Virus record (IMG/VR): IMGVR_UViG_3300031519_000063
Location: 1-40,699 of that record
Strand: one strand, 5' to 3'
From: a virus
Taxonomy: Duplodnaviria > Caudoviricetes
DNA: 40,699 nucleotides
Shown here: positions 1 through 7,238 of the stretch, one piece after another
How the letters are laid out: each line of letters opens with the position of its first letter
Position numbering within the stretch: position 1 is the first letter of the stretch
The notes under the pieces: generated by a model
The model's input: only the letters and a program-made list of their open reading frames with translations
The model's database searches: none
What the model was told of the DNA's origin: nothing
Position numbers and translations under genes: made by a program

Positions 1-2
1 AG

Positions 3-368
3 ATAGGCGTCACGTTAAATCGCAGCAGGGGTGCAGTTATTGGTAGGGCAAACCGGATGGGGTTGTCGAAGCCCCGACCCAAGAAATTAGACCTACTTGC
101 GGTAGAGCCGGAGCCAGAGATCAAAGCTGCAAATGTAAAAGCCGGATGCCAGTTCCCCCTAGGTAGTTACCCATATAGTTATTGTGGGGAGAAGACTGCA
201 CACGGGGCAGCCACTAACGTCTACTGCTCCAAGCACTACGATATATGTTACCGTAAACGTATAGGTGATAGCGATAAGTTTGAGCGTGAGGGTAACGAAG
301 GTCCCCATAAACTAAATAAATTAAGTTGGGGCAGCGTCTATACGGGTATTAGACGGAAAGAGGTGTAG
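3..368 (+). CDS. gcrA: GcrA cell-cycle regulator homologue (5' truncated by window edge)
   Basis: The frame is open from nt 3 and reads IGVTLNRSRGAVIGRANRMGLS, matching the GcrA HTH signature SRNAVIGKxHRLGLS. The C-terminal CQFPLG..YSYCG...VYCSKHYDICY matches GcrA CxWPxG..FCG..PYCxxHxxxAY. The listed ATG at 57 is internal. Confidence 0.8.
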   Translation: MGVTLNRSRGAVIGRANRMGLSKPRPKKLDLLAVEPEPEIKAANVKAGCQFPLGSYPYSYCGEKTAHGAATNVYCSKHYDICYRKRIGDSDKFEREGNEGPHKLNKLSWGSVYTGIRRKEV

Positions 369-371
369 TCT

Positions 372-2195
372 ATGGACCTCATAACAATTGATTTCGAGAC
401 CTATTACGATAAAGATTATTCCTTATCGAAGATGACAACGGAAGCATACATAAGAGACCCCCAGTTTGAGGTTATAGGGGTTGCGGTAAAAGTTAATAAC
501 AACAAAACGGAGTGGGCTAGTGGGACGGACACACAGATCAGACTATTCCTTCAAACATTCGATTTTCATGAGGCTTGTCTATGCGCTCACAATACTATGT
601 TTGATGGGGCCATTATTGCTTGGCATTATAATATTAATCCTAAGTTTTTTACCGATACTCTTTGCCTTTCCCGCTCTGTGGATGGGGTGGAAGTTGGTGG
701 AAGCCTGCGTGCATTGTCAGAAAGGTATGGCGTTGGAGTTAAAGGCACAGAAGTCCTCAATGCCCTCGGCAAACGTAGAGATAGTTTTACCCCCGAAGAG
801 CTATCAAGATACGGAGACTACTGTATAAACGATGTGAATCTTACATACGATCTGTTTAGGGTTCTCGGTAAGAACTTTCCTAAGAAGGAACTAAAGCTAA
901 TAGATCTTACGTTACGTATGTTCATAGACCCTGTTTTGGGGTTGGATACGGAATTGCTAAAGAAGCATCTTACGGAAGTACGGGAGTATAAAGCATCCCT
1001 ACTCGATGCCGCCGGGGTAGATAAAGATGATCTTATGAGTAACCCTAAATTTGCCAAGCTGCTGGAAAGTCTAGATGTAGAGCCACCAACGAAGATCAGT
1101 CCTACTACGGGTAAGAAGACATTTGCGTTTTCTAAATCGGATAAAGGGTTTGTATCTTTAGGCGAGCATTTTGATCCAGAGGTGCAGAAGTTATTTGAGG
1201 CACGCTTGGCTAACAAGAGTACCTTGGAAGAGACCCGCACCCAGCGGTTTATAGATATAGCCAGCCGGGGTAAATTACCTGTACCTGTCAGATACTACGC
1301 TGCACATACAGGCAGGTGGGGTGGGGATGATAAGATAAACCTACAGAATCTACCATCCAGGGGGGCTTCTGGTAACACGTTAAAGAGAAGTATATTAGCC
1401 CCCGAAGGATATTCCCTGATTGATGCTGATTCCTCCCAGATCGAAGCGCGGGTGCTTGCATGGCTTGCCGAACAGGATGACCTGACAACCTCATTCACTA
1501 ATGGCGAAGATGTATACAAGAAGATGGCTGCGCGTATCTATGAAGTGGAGGAGAGCAGTGTATCTAAGGAGCAGAGGTTTGTGGGGAAGACCACAATTCT
1601 AGGTGCTGGATACGGTATGGGTGCCGTACGCTTCAAGGAACAACTGAAGAATTTTAGCACCGATATAGATTTGGGTGAGGCACGACGTATCATCAAGGTA
1701 TACCGCGATACAAACGACCAGATAGATAAGCTGTGGCGTGCTGCCCAAGATATACTTATGAAAATACACAACGGTGATAAGGGCGCACTAGGTATTAATG
1801 GGTTGGTATGTATTGTAGACAGAGAATATCTATCTTTACCCTCTGGTTTACGACTACATTATGATGACCTCACATCTACCACAACAGATATGGGGGTGGA
1901 GTACGACTATAAAACTAGGCGTGGCAGGACCCGCATCTACGGTGGCAAGGTTATAGAAAATGTATGTCAGGCATTGGCCCGGTGCGTAATTGGCGAGCAG
2001 ATGCTAGAAGTAGCGAAGAGATATAAAGTTGTATTAACCGTGCACGATAGCATCGCTTGCTGTGTACCCGACGACGAAGTTGATGAGGCACGTAGTTATA
2101 TGGAAAGTTGTATGCGTACGGTACCAAAGTGGGCTTCCGGGTTACCACTCGATTGTGAGTCGGGAGTGGGCAAATCTTACGGGGGTTGTATATAA
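372..2195 (+). CDS. polA: Family A DNA polymerase with 3'-5' exonuclease, no 5'-3' exonuclease
   Basis: ExoI DFETY, ExoII AHNTMFDG, ExoIII YCINDV; polymerase motif A DADSSQIEARVLA, motif B RFVGKTTILGAGYG, motif C TVHDS; GAGG SD upstream. Confidence 0.97.
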   Translation: MDLITIDFETYYDKDYSLSKMTTEAYIRDPQFEVIGVAVKVNNNKTEWASGTDTQIRLFLQTFDFHEACLCAHNTMFDGAIIAWHYNINPKFFTDTLCLSRSVDGVEVGGSLRALSERYGVGVKGTEVLNALGKRRDSFTPEELSRYGDYCINDVNLTYDLFRVLGKNFPKKELKLIDLTLRMFIDPVLGLDTELLKKHLTEVREYKASLLDAAGVDKDDLMSNPKFAKLLESLDVEPPTKISPTTGKKTFAFSKSDKGFVSLGEHFDPEVQKLFEARLANKSTLEETRTQRFIDIASRGKLPVPVRYYAAHTGRWGGDDKINLQNLPSRGASGNTLKRSILAPEGYSLIDADSSQIEARVLAWLAEQDDLTTSFTNGEDVYKKMAARIYEVEESSVSKEQRFVGKTTILGAGYGMGAVRFKEQLKNFSTDIDLGEARRIIKVYRDTNDQIDKLWRAAQDILMKIHNGDKGALGINGLVCIVDREYLSLPSGLRLHYDDLTSTTTDMGVEYDYKTRRGRTRIYGGKVIENVCQALARCVIGEQMLEVAKRYKVVLTVHDSIACCVPDDEVDEARSYMESCMRTVPKWASGLPLDCESGVGKSYGGCI

Positions 2196-2431
2196 TGGGT
2201 CGAGGAAGCTCGCGTGCAACGCCAGTGGTATGGACAAACCCAGAGCTGCAAAGATTATTTAAGGCGTGGCGTGATGGCGAAGAAATAGATGTAATTTGCG
2301 CTCGTTTTGGCCGTACAGCGGCTGCTATAAGAACGCAATTATCTGACGCGGGGGTAAAAAGAGCACCTGAAAAACTATCACAACTGCGGCGAGATATAGT
2401 CAACAAGTATTGGAGCGAGGTTAAAGGATGA
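2195..2431 (+). CDS. Small HTH DNA-binding protein (GcrA-N/Myb-like)
   Basis: WTNPELQRLFKAWRDGEEIDVICARFGRTAAAIRTQL fits WTxxE..L..xW..G.....I...GRT..A[IV]. Start moved to ATG 2195, which gives a TAATG overlap with the polA stop. Confidence 0.7.
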   Translation: MGRGSSRATPVVWTNPELQRLFKAWRDGEEIDVICARFGRTAAAIRTQLSDAGVKRAPEKLSQLRRDIVNKYWSEVKG

Positions 2432-3096
2432 AAGGTATAGTCCCGTGGTCCTATAGTCGGTTGAAGGCATTCGACCAATGCCCAAAACAATTCTACCACA
2501 TGAAAATTCTAAAAGAATATGAAGATAAAGAAACCAGTGCCATGCGGTACGGCACCATGTTCCATACCGCTGCCGAAGAATACGTTAGAGATGGCACCCC
2601 CATGCCAGCTAAATTTGATTACGCTATACCAGCAATAGATAACCTGATAGCCAAGCGCGGTAATAAGTTATGTGAATACAAGTTAGGGCTAACCGAAGAC
2701 TTAGAAGCCTGTGGGTTCTCTGATAAGGCTGTATGGTTCCGAGGTATAGCAGACCTACTAATAATTGATAATGATGTAGCTTGGGTGGTAGACTACAAAA
2801 CAGGGAAATCCGCTAGGTATGCTGACAAGGGTCAGCTAGAGTTGATGGCTATGGCGGTATTTAAACACTTTCCTGAAGTAGAAGTAGTACGAGCGGCATT
2901 GATGTTTGTTGTATCTAATGACCTGATAACTAGTTCGTATAATAAGGATCAAGAAGATGCTCTGTGGGATAAGTGGCTCAATTCATTCGGTCAATTAAAG
3001 GGCGCTTATACACACGATGTCTGGAATGCTAAACCTAGTGGGCTATGTAGAAACCATTGCGCCGTAACCGAATGTGCGTACAACGGTAGGAATTAG
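2428..3096 (+). CDS. PD-(D/E)XK exonuclease, RecB/Cas4-like with Fe-S staple cysteines
   Basis: SYSRLKAFDQCP, ADLLII, VVDYKTGK, QLELMA and C-terminal CRNHCAVTEC; ATGA overlap with the upstream gene. Confidence 0.88.
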   Translation: MKGIVPWSYSRLKAFDQCPKQFYHMKILKEYEDKETSAMRYGTMFHTAAEEYVRDGTPMPAKFDYAIPAIDNLIAKRGNKLCEYKLGLTEDLEACGFSDKAVWFRGIADLLIIDNDVAWVVDYKTGKSARYADKGQLELMAMAVFKHFPEVEVVRAALMFVVSNDLITSSYNKDQEDALWDKWLNSFGQLKGAYTHDVWNAKPSGLCRNHCAVTECAYNGRN

Positions 3097-3099
3097 ACT

Positions 3100-3369
3100 A
3101 TGGCATACACCAAGACGAAACGGCCTTATAAAAAAGAATACGAGAAGCAGAAAGAACGAGGTGAGCATCCTAATCGTATGGAACGGCAGCGTGCTAGGCG
3201 AGAAATAGACAAGACAAAAGGTAAGAGTTACCGAAAAGGTAAAGATGTTAGTCATAACAAGGCATTGAGTAAGGGCGGTTCTAATAAGGACGGAGTTAAG
3301 CTAGAGGCCCCCAGTAAGAACCGCAGCCGAAACGGCCAAAAGAAAAAAGCTATTAGGCGTAAAGCCTAA
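3100..3369 (+). CDS. Small basic HNH-like protein
   Basis: DVSHNKALSKGGSNKDGVKLEAPSKNRSRN resembles the HNH core DHxxPLSxGGxN...N; K/R-rich. Confidence 0.65.
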   Translation: MAYTKTKRPYKKEYEKQKERGEHPNRMERQRARREIDKTKGKSYRKGKDVSHNKALSKGGSNKDGVKLEAPSKNRSRNGQKKKAIRRKA

Positions 3370-3373
3370 CGTA

Positions 3374-3477
3374 ATAGGGCGCGATTAACAAAGAAAGGCT
3401 TCCCCCGACCACGCGCTCTATAGCTGGGGTGCATCTCCCCTAGTTCAATATGCACCCCAGCACCTCATCTAGAAGCC
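3374..3477 (+). promoter_or_regulatory. Structured intergenic leader: two hairpins plus a potential pseudoknot upstream of the SNF2 helicase
   Basis: 3374-3383 pairs with 3412-3421 (10 bp, one G-U); 3423-3434 pairs with 3450-3461 (12 bp perfect); loop GGCTTC 3397-3402 is complementary to GAAGCC 3472-3477. Confidence 0.6.
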
Positions 3478-3498
3478 AACAAAACATAGGAGATATCG

Positions 3499-5034
3499 GT
3501 GCAAATAATAAAAGATAAAGCACTACTATTCACCGCAGAGCATCCAGAAGTAATCACCAGTGCTATAAAGAAAAGTAGCAATGTAGGCGGTAACAAAGTT
3601 CTAGTAAATTGGGGTGTGGAAGAGACACATGCTCTGAAAGACCTTAACATAAAGGCCCCCTCCCCCATAACCGGGCAGTACAAATGGCCGGGGCAACATA
3701 ACCCCTTTGAACATCAGAAAACTACTTCCGCATTCTTGACCATGAATAAACGGGCATTTTGTTTTAACGAACAAGGCACCGGTAAAACTGCATCGGCTAT
3801 CTGGGCTTCTGATTTTCTGTTAAAGCAGGGCATCATACGTCGAGTACTAGTTATATGCCCACTATCAATAATGGATAGCGCGTGGCGTGCAGATTTGTTT
3901 ACCTTTGCCATGCACCGTAGTGTCGATGTTGCGTATGGGCCAGCCAAGAAGCGTAAAGCTATAATAGCTGGTGGGGCAGATTATGTTATCATAAATTATG
4001 ATGGTGTAGAAATAGTATCCGACGCCATAGCCGAAGGGGGTTTCGATCTCATAATTGCAGATGAGGCTACCCACTATAAGAACGCACAAACTAGGCGGTG
4101 GAAAACCCTTAATAAACTCATCGGACCTGATACATGGTTGTGGATGATGACGGGAACACCAGCGGCACAAAGTCCGGTAGACGCTTATGGTCTAGCCAAA
4201 CTTGTTAATCCTAAGAATACTCCAAGGTTCTATGGATCTTTCCGCGATATGGTTATGTATAAGGTAACTAATTTCAAGTGGATACCAAAAGACAGTGCTA
4301 GCGATACTGTATTTAATGTACTACAGCCAGCTATGCGGTTTACCAAAGAAGACTGCCTTGACCTACCAGACATGGTGTACACGAAACGAGAGGTAGAGTT
4401 AACTAAACAACAGAAGAAATATTACGGTGCACTAAAGAAACATATGGTTATGCAAGCCGCAGGGGAGGAGATAACAGCCGTAAACGCTGCGGCTAATATG
4501 AATAAGTTACTCCAGATATCTTGCGGTGCAATATATACCGATAACGGTGACGCGTTAGAGTTCGACGTAAAGCATAGGTATAAAGTTCTTCGTGAGGTTA
4601 TTGATGAGTCTAGCCAGAAAGTTCTAGTGTTTGTCCCATTTCGGCATGCAATAAACATCTTAGCGGGTAAATTAAATAGTGACGGTATAAGCAACGCCAT
4701 CATACAAGGTAGTGTATCTGCACCACACCGAACCGAGATTTTTAAAGCCTTCCAGAACGAAGTTGAACCGCAGGTATTAATAATCCAGCCAGCCGCCGCC
4801 GCACACGGGGTTACTCTAACCGCTGCTAATACAGTGGTGTGGTGGGGGCCTACTAGTTCTCTGGAAACATATTTACAGGCTAACGCTCGCGTACATAGAG
4901 CTGGGCAGGAGCACAAGTGCACAGTGGTACAACTACAAGGTTCACTAATAGAAAGACACGTATACAATCTGCTAGATAATAAAATAGATATCCACACACA
5001 AATACTAGATTTATATAACGAATTGCTTGACTAG
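3499..5034 (+). CDS. SNF2-family (SF2) helicase/ATPase
   Basis: Motif I EQGTGKT, Ia VICPLS, II DEATH, III TGTP, VI QANARVHRAG; GTG start with AGGAG SD. Confidence 0.93.
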   Translation: MQIIKDKALLFTAEHPEVITSAIKKSSNVGGNKVLVNWGVEETHALKDLNIKAPSPITGQYKWPGQHNPFEHQKTTSAFLTMNKRAFCFNEQGTGKTASAIWASDFLLKQGIIRRVLVICPLSIMDSAWRADLFTFAMHRSVDVAYGPAKKRKAIIAGGADYVIINYDGVEIVSDAIAEGGFDLIIADEATHYKNAQTRRWKTLNKLIGPDTWLWMMTGTPAAQSPVDAYGLAKLVNPKNTPRFYGSFRDMVMYKVTNFKWIPKDSASDTVFNVLQPAMRFTKEDCLDLPDMVYTKREVELTKQQKKYYGALKKHMVMQAAGEEITAVNAAANMNKLLQISCGAIYTDNGDALEFDVKHRYKVLREVIDESSQKVLVFVPFRHAINILAGKLNSDGISNAIIQGSVSAPHRTEIFKAFQNEVEPQVLIIQPAAAAHGVTLTAANTVVWWGPTSSLETYLQANARVHRAGQEHKCTVVQLQGSLIERHVYNLLDNKIDIHTQILDLYNELLD

Positions 5035-5055
5035 CCCACCATATAACACTAAAGT
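5027..5055 (+). promoter_or_regulatory. Sigma70-type promoter
   Basis: TTGACT (5027-5032), N17, TAAAGT (5050-5055); AAGGAG SD at 5071-5076 before ATG 5085. Confidence 0.6.
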
Positions 5056-5084
5056 GCACTTCCCTTACACAAGGAGCATGTTAT

Positions 5085-5483
5085 ATGGACAACGGTAATA
5101 TAGACCTAGAGCGATTAACTAGGGTCTATTTAAAGATAAAAGATAAACGTGGTGTACTGTCTTCCGAATTTAAGGAGGAGGACGGTAGGCTTAAAACCCA
5201 GCAAGAAATGATTAAAGCGGCACTCCTAGGCCACTGCGAAGAGCATGGGGTTGAGAGTGTTCGTACCTCCGAAGGACTCTTTTATAAAACTGTACGCACC
5301 CGTTATTGGACCTCCGATTGGGAGAGTATGTATAAATTTATATTGGAACATAGTGTTCCTGAGTTCTTTTCTAAGAGCCTAAACCAAGGCAACGTAAAAC
5401 AATTTCTTGAGGAAAACCCTGAGAGTATGCCTCAAGGACTCAACGCGGATAGTGAATATTCGATATCTGTAAGGAAAAAGTAA
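5085..5483 (+). CDS. Conserved phage replication-module protein, coiled-coil N-terminus, function unknown
   Basis: Strong SD; helical N-half followed by SVRTSEGLFYKT...DWESMYKFI...PQGLN, a pattern typical of small proteins beside phage SSBs. Confidence 0.7.
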   Translation: MDNGNIDLERLTRVYLKIKDKRGVLSSEFKEEDGRLKTQQEMIKAALLGHCEEHGVESVRTSEGLFYKTVRTRYWTSDWESMYKFILEHSVPEFFSKSLNQGNVKQFLEENPESMPQGLNADSEYSISVRKK

Positions 5484-5737
5484 TGAGCACGCCAGCGTAT
5501 GTACCCATCGAAGACGTATCCAAGCACTTTAGTGTATCTATATCTACAGTGCGCGGATGGATAAGACGTAACCATATACCTTCTTCTACTTATATTAAGG
5601 TCGGTAACACATACAGGTTTTCGATACCTGACGTAGTAACTGCCTTGTCTTCAGTAGAAGAGGAAATAGTTAGTCCTGAGACTAACTTAGACGAAGCACC
5701 TACCGATTTTGATTTAGACCCCGACGAGGATTTATAG
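5483..5737 (+). CDS. Excisionase/MerR-like HTH protein with acidic tail
   Basis: IEDVSKHFSVSISTVRGWIRRNHIP...KVGNTYRF winged-HTH pattern; TAATG overlap; DFDLDPDEDL tail. Confidence 0.8.
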   Translation: MSTPAYVPIEDVSKHFSVSISTVRGWIRRNHIPSSTYIKVGNTYRFSIPDVVTALSSVEEEIVSPETNLDEAPTDFDLDPDEDL

Positions 5738-5742
5738 GGGCT

Positions 5743-6384
5743 GTGCTACGTCTAGATATACATGATAGGGTTTTTAGGGATGATACGTCCGAAAGCCCTA
5801 CCTACCACGGCGTAATAGTTAACGCCGCTGCTATTTCCCGTTCTTATTATGAGGAGAATTATGATCCAGATAAACTAAACTCCCCTACATGCTGGTCGGC
5901 TGATACGCAAGTACCGTCGCCTGATGTACCAAAGCACCAACGCCAATCGGCACGGTGCATGGACTGTAAGTATAATATTCGTGGCTCTGGTCACGGCACT
6001 AGCCGAGCGTGCAGGTTTTCGCAGAGGGTAGCCATATTACCAGAAGAAGATATGTCTAAGGTGTACCAATTACGCTTACCTGCTACATCTGTTTTTGGGG
6101 AGGCACGGGGCGGTAATTTACCCCTGCAAGCCTACGCTAGGTTCCTTAAAAAAATGGATACACCACCCGTAGCGGTTGTCACACATATGTATTTCGATAG
6201 TGACAGCCCTACACCTAAACTCTTTTTTAAACCAGAGAGACCTCTAACAGAAGAAGAGTTGCCCGTAGCTTCTGGCATGGTGCGTAATATAGACACTATA
6301 CGCGCTATTACGTTAGAATTTACGCCCTACAATAACGTAAGTATATCCCCGTTCTCTGAAGTAGACGGGTTTCAATCAACATAA
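5743..6384 (+). CDS. Cys-containing (putative Zn-binding) phage protein, possible ssDNA-binding/annealing protein
   Basis: PTCWS...CMDC...GSG...RAC four-Cys pattern, then YQLRLPATS; located between the helicase and the primase. Confidence 0.6.
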   Translation: MLRLDIHDRVFRDDTSESPTYHGVIVNAAAISRSYYEENYDPDKLNSPTCWSADTQVPSPDVPKHQRQSARCMDCKYNIRGSGHGTSRACRFSQRVAILPEEDMSKVYQLRLPATSVFGEARGGNLPLQAYARFLKKMDTPPVAVVTHMYFDSDSPTPKLFFKPERPLTEEELPVASGMVRNIDTIRAITLEFTPYNNVSISPFSEVDGFQST

Positions 6385-6398
6385 ATTAGGAGAATATC

Positions 6399-7088
6399 AT
6401 GGCTGAAGTTAGCACTGGGTTTCGCATCAACGACGTAGAAGCCCTATGGCCTAGAATTAATGGCTGTTACAGGTACGATAATAATGAAAAAAGGTCGGTA
6501 CCTTGTGACGCATTCGACGATGGGGCTAAATACGAAATAAGTTTTCGTATGGATAAAGCCCGCGCCAACGAACTATGGGGTGCGATGCTGGATGCCTATA
6601 AGGCTAAAGCAGCTACACAAGATAGCTGGCCCAAAAAGTTTGATAACCCCTTCAAGAAAGATGATGACGGTACGTTTATCTTTAAAGCCTCATTAAAAGG
6701 TGCGTATGGTAAAGAGGTTACACGTAAACCTACGCAGTATGACTCACGGAATACCGAGTTAGATGCAGACTTTATGCTAACAACCGGCAGTACTGTTAAC
6801 ATTGCCGTATCTTTTACACCCTATAATGCCAGTATGGGTACAGGGGTATCGCTGCGCTTACGGGCAGTGCAGGTTATCAAATATGCCTTACTCGAAAGCC
6901 GGTCACCTTTTGATACTGCCGAGGGCTTTGCGGTAGCGGAAGATGTTAGCCCCTTCGCTAATGGCATTGATATTGAAGAGGTGGAGGAAGAAGAGAAAGA
7001 ACCAGTAAAAGTCCCGAAGAAGGCTGCAGCAGCTAAGGTTAGTAAGAAAGCCGAGTTGGGTGCTTTAGTAGACGCTTGGGACGAATAG
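6399..7088 (+). CDS. T7 gp2.5/DUF2815-like single-stranded DNA-binding protein
   Basis: GSTVNIAVSFTPYN...GVSLRLRAVQVI OB-fold signature; acidic tail ending in aromatic AWDE; AGGAG SD. Confidence 0.8.
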   Translation: MAEVSTGFRINDVEALWPRINGCYRYDNNEKRSVPCDAFDDGAKYEISFRMDKARANELWGAMLDAYKAKAATQDSWPKKFDNPFKKDDDGTFIFKASLKGAYGKEVTRKPTQYDSRNTELDADFMLTTGSTVNIAVSFTPYNASMGTGVSLRLRAVQVIKYALLESRSPFDTAEGFAVAEDVSPFANGIDIEEVEEEEKEPVKVPKKAAAAKVSKKAELGALVDAWDE

Positions 7089-7104
7089 CCTAACTGCACC
7101 GATA

Positions 7105-7215
7105 GCTACGACCATACATCTTTATTCTATAAACATTCGGGCTAACCAGGTTAGCCCGATTTTCCCCTACACTACCCCCTACCGTGTAGGAGTTAATACG
7201 ATGTATGGTTGTAGC
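7105..7215 (+). promoter_or_regulatory. Multibranch stem-loop element (candidate origin/ssi or cis-regulatory RNA)
   Basis: 16-bp stem 7105-7120/7200-7215 (one G-U) enclosing a perfect inverted repeat 7137-7147/7149-7159 and a 7-bp stem 7166-7172/7184-7190. Confidence 0.65.
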
Positions 7216-7238
7216 AACTCCCCTCTAAAGGAAATGAT

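Noticed and set aside
2428-3096. Cas4-like nuclease as evidence of CRISPR-Cas
   Set aside because: Solo Cas4/RecB-like nucleases are routine in phage replication modules; no cas1/cas2 or array is present.
3374-3477. HDV-like (theta) ribozyme: the P1/P2/P4 order and a G-U pair resemble it
   Set aside because: No proper P3 stem can form alongside the pseudoknot and there is no GG after P1 for P1.1. Kept only as an unclassified structured element.
5483-5737. Excisionase as proof of a prophage
   Set aside because: No integrase, att site or host flank is visible; this HTH class also acts as a general regulator.
7105-7215. tRNA or hammerhead ribozyme
   Set aside because: No TTC T-loop, D-loop GG or 7-bp acceptor geometry; no CTGANGA/GAAA hammerhead core.
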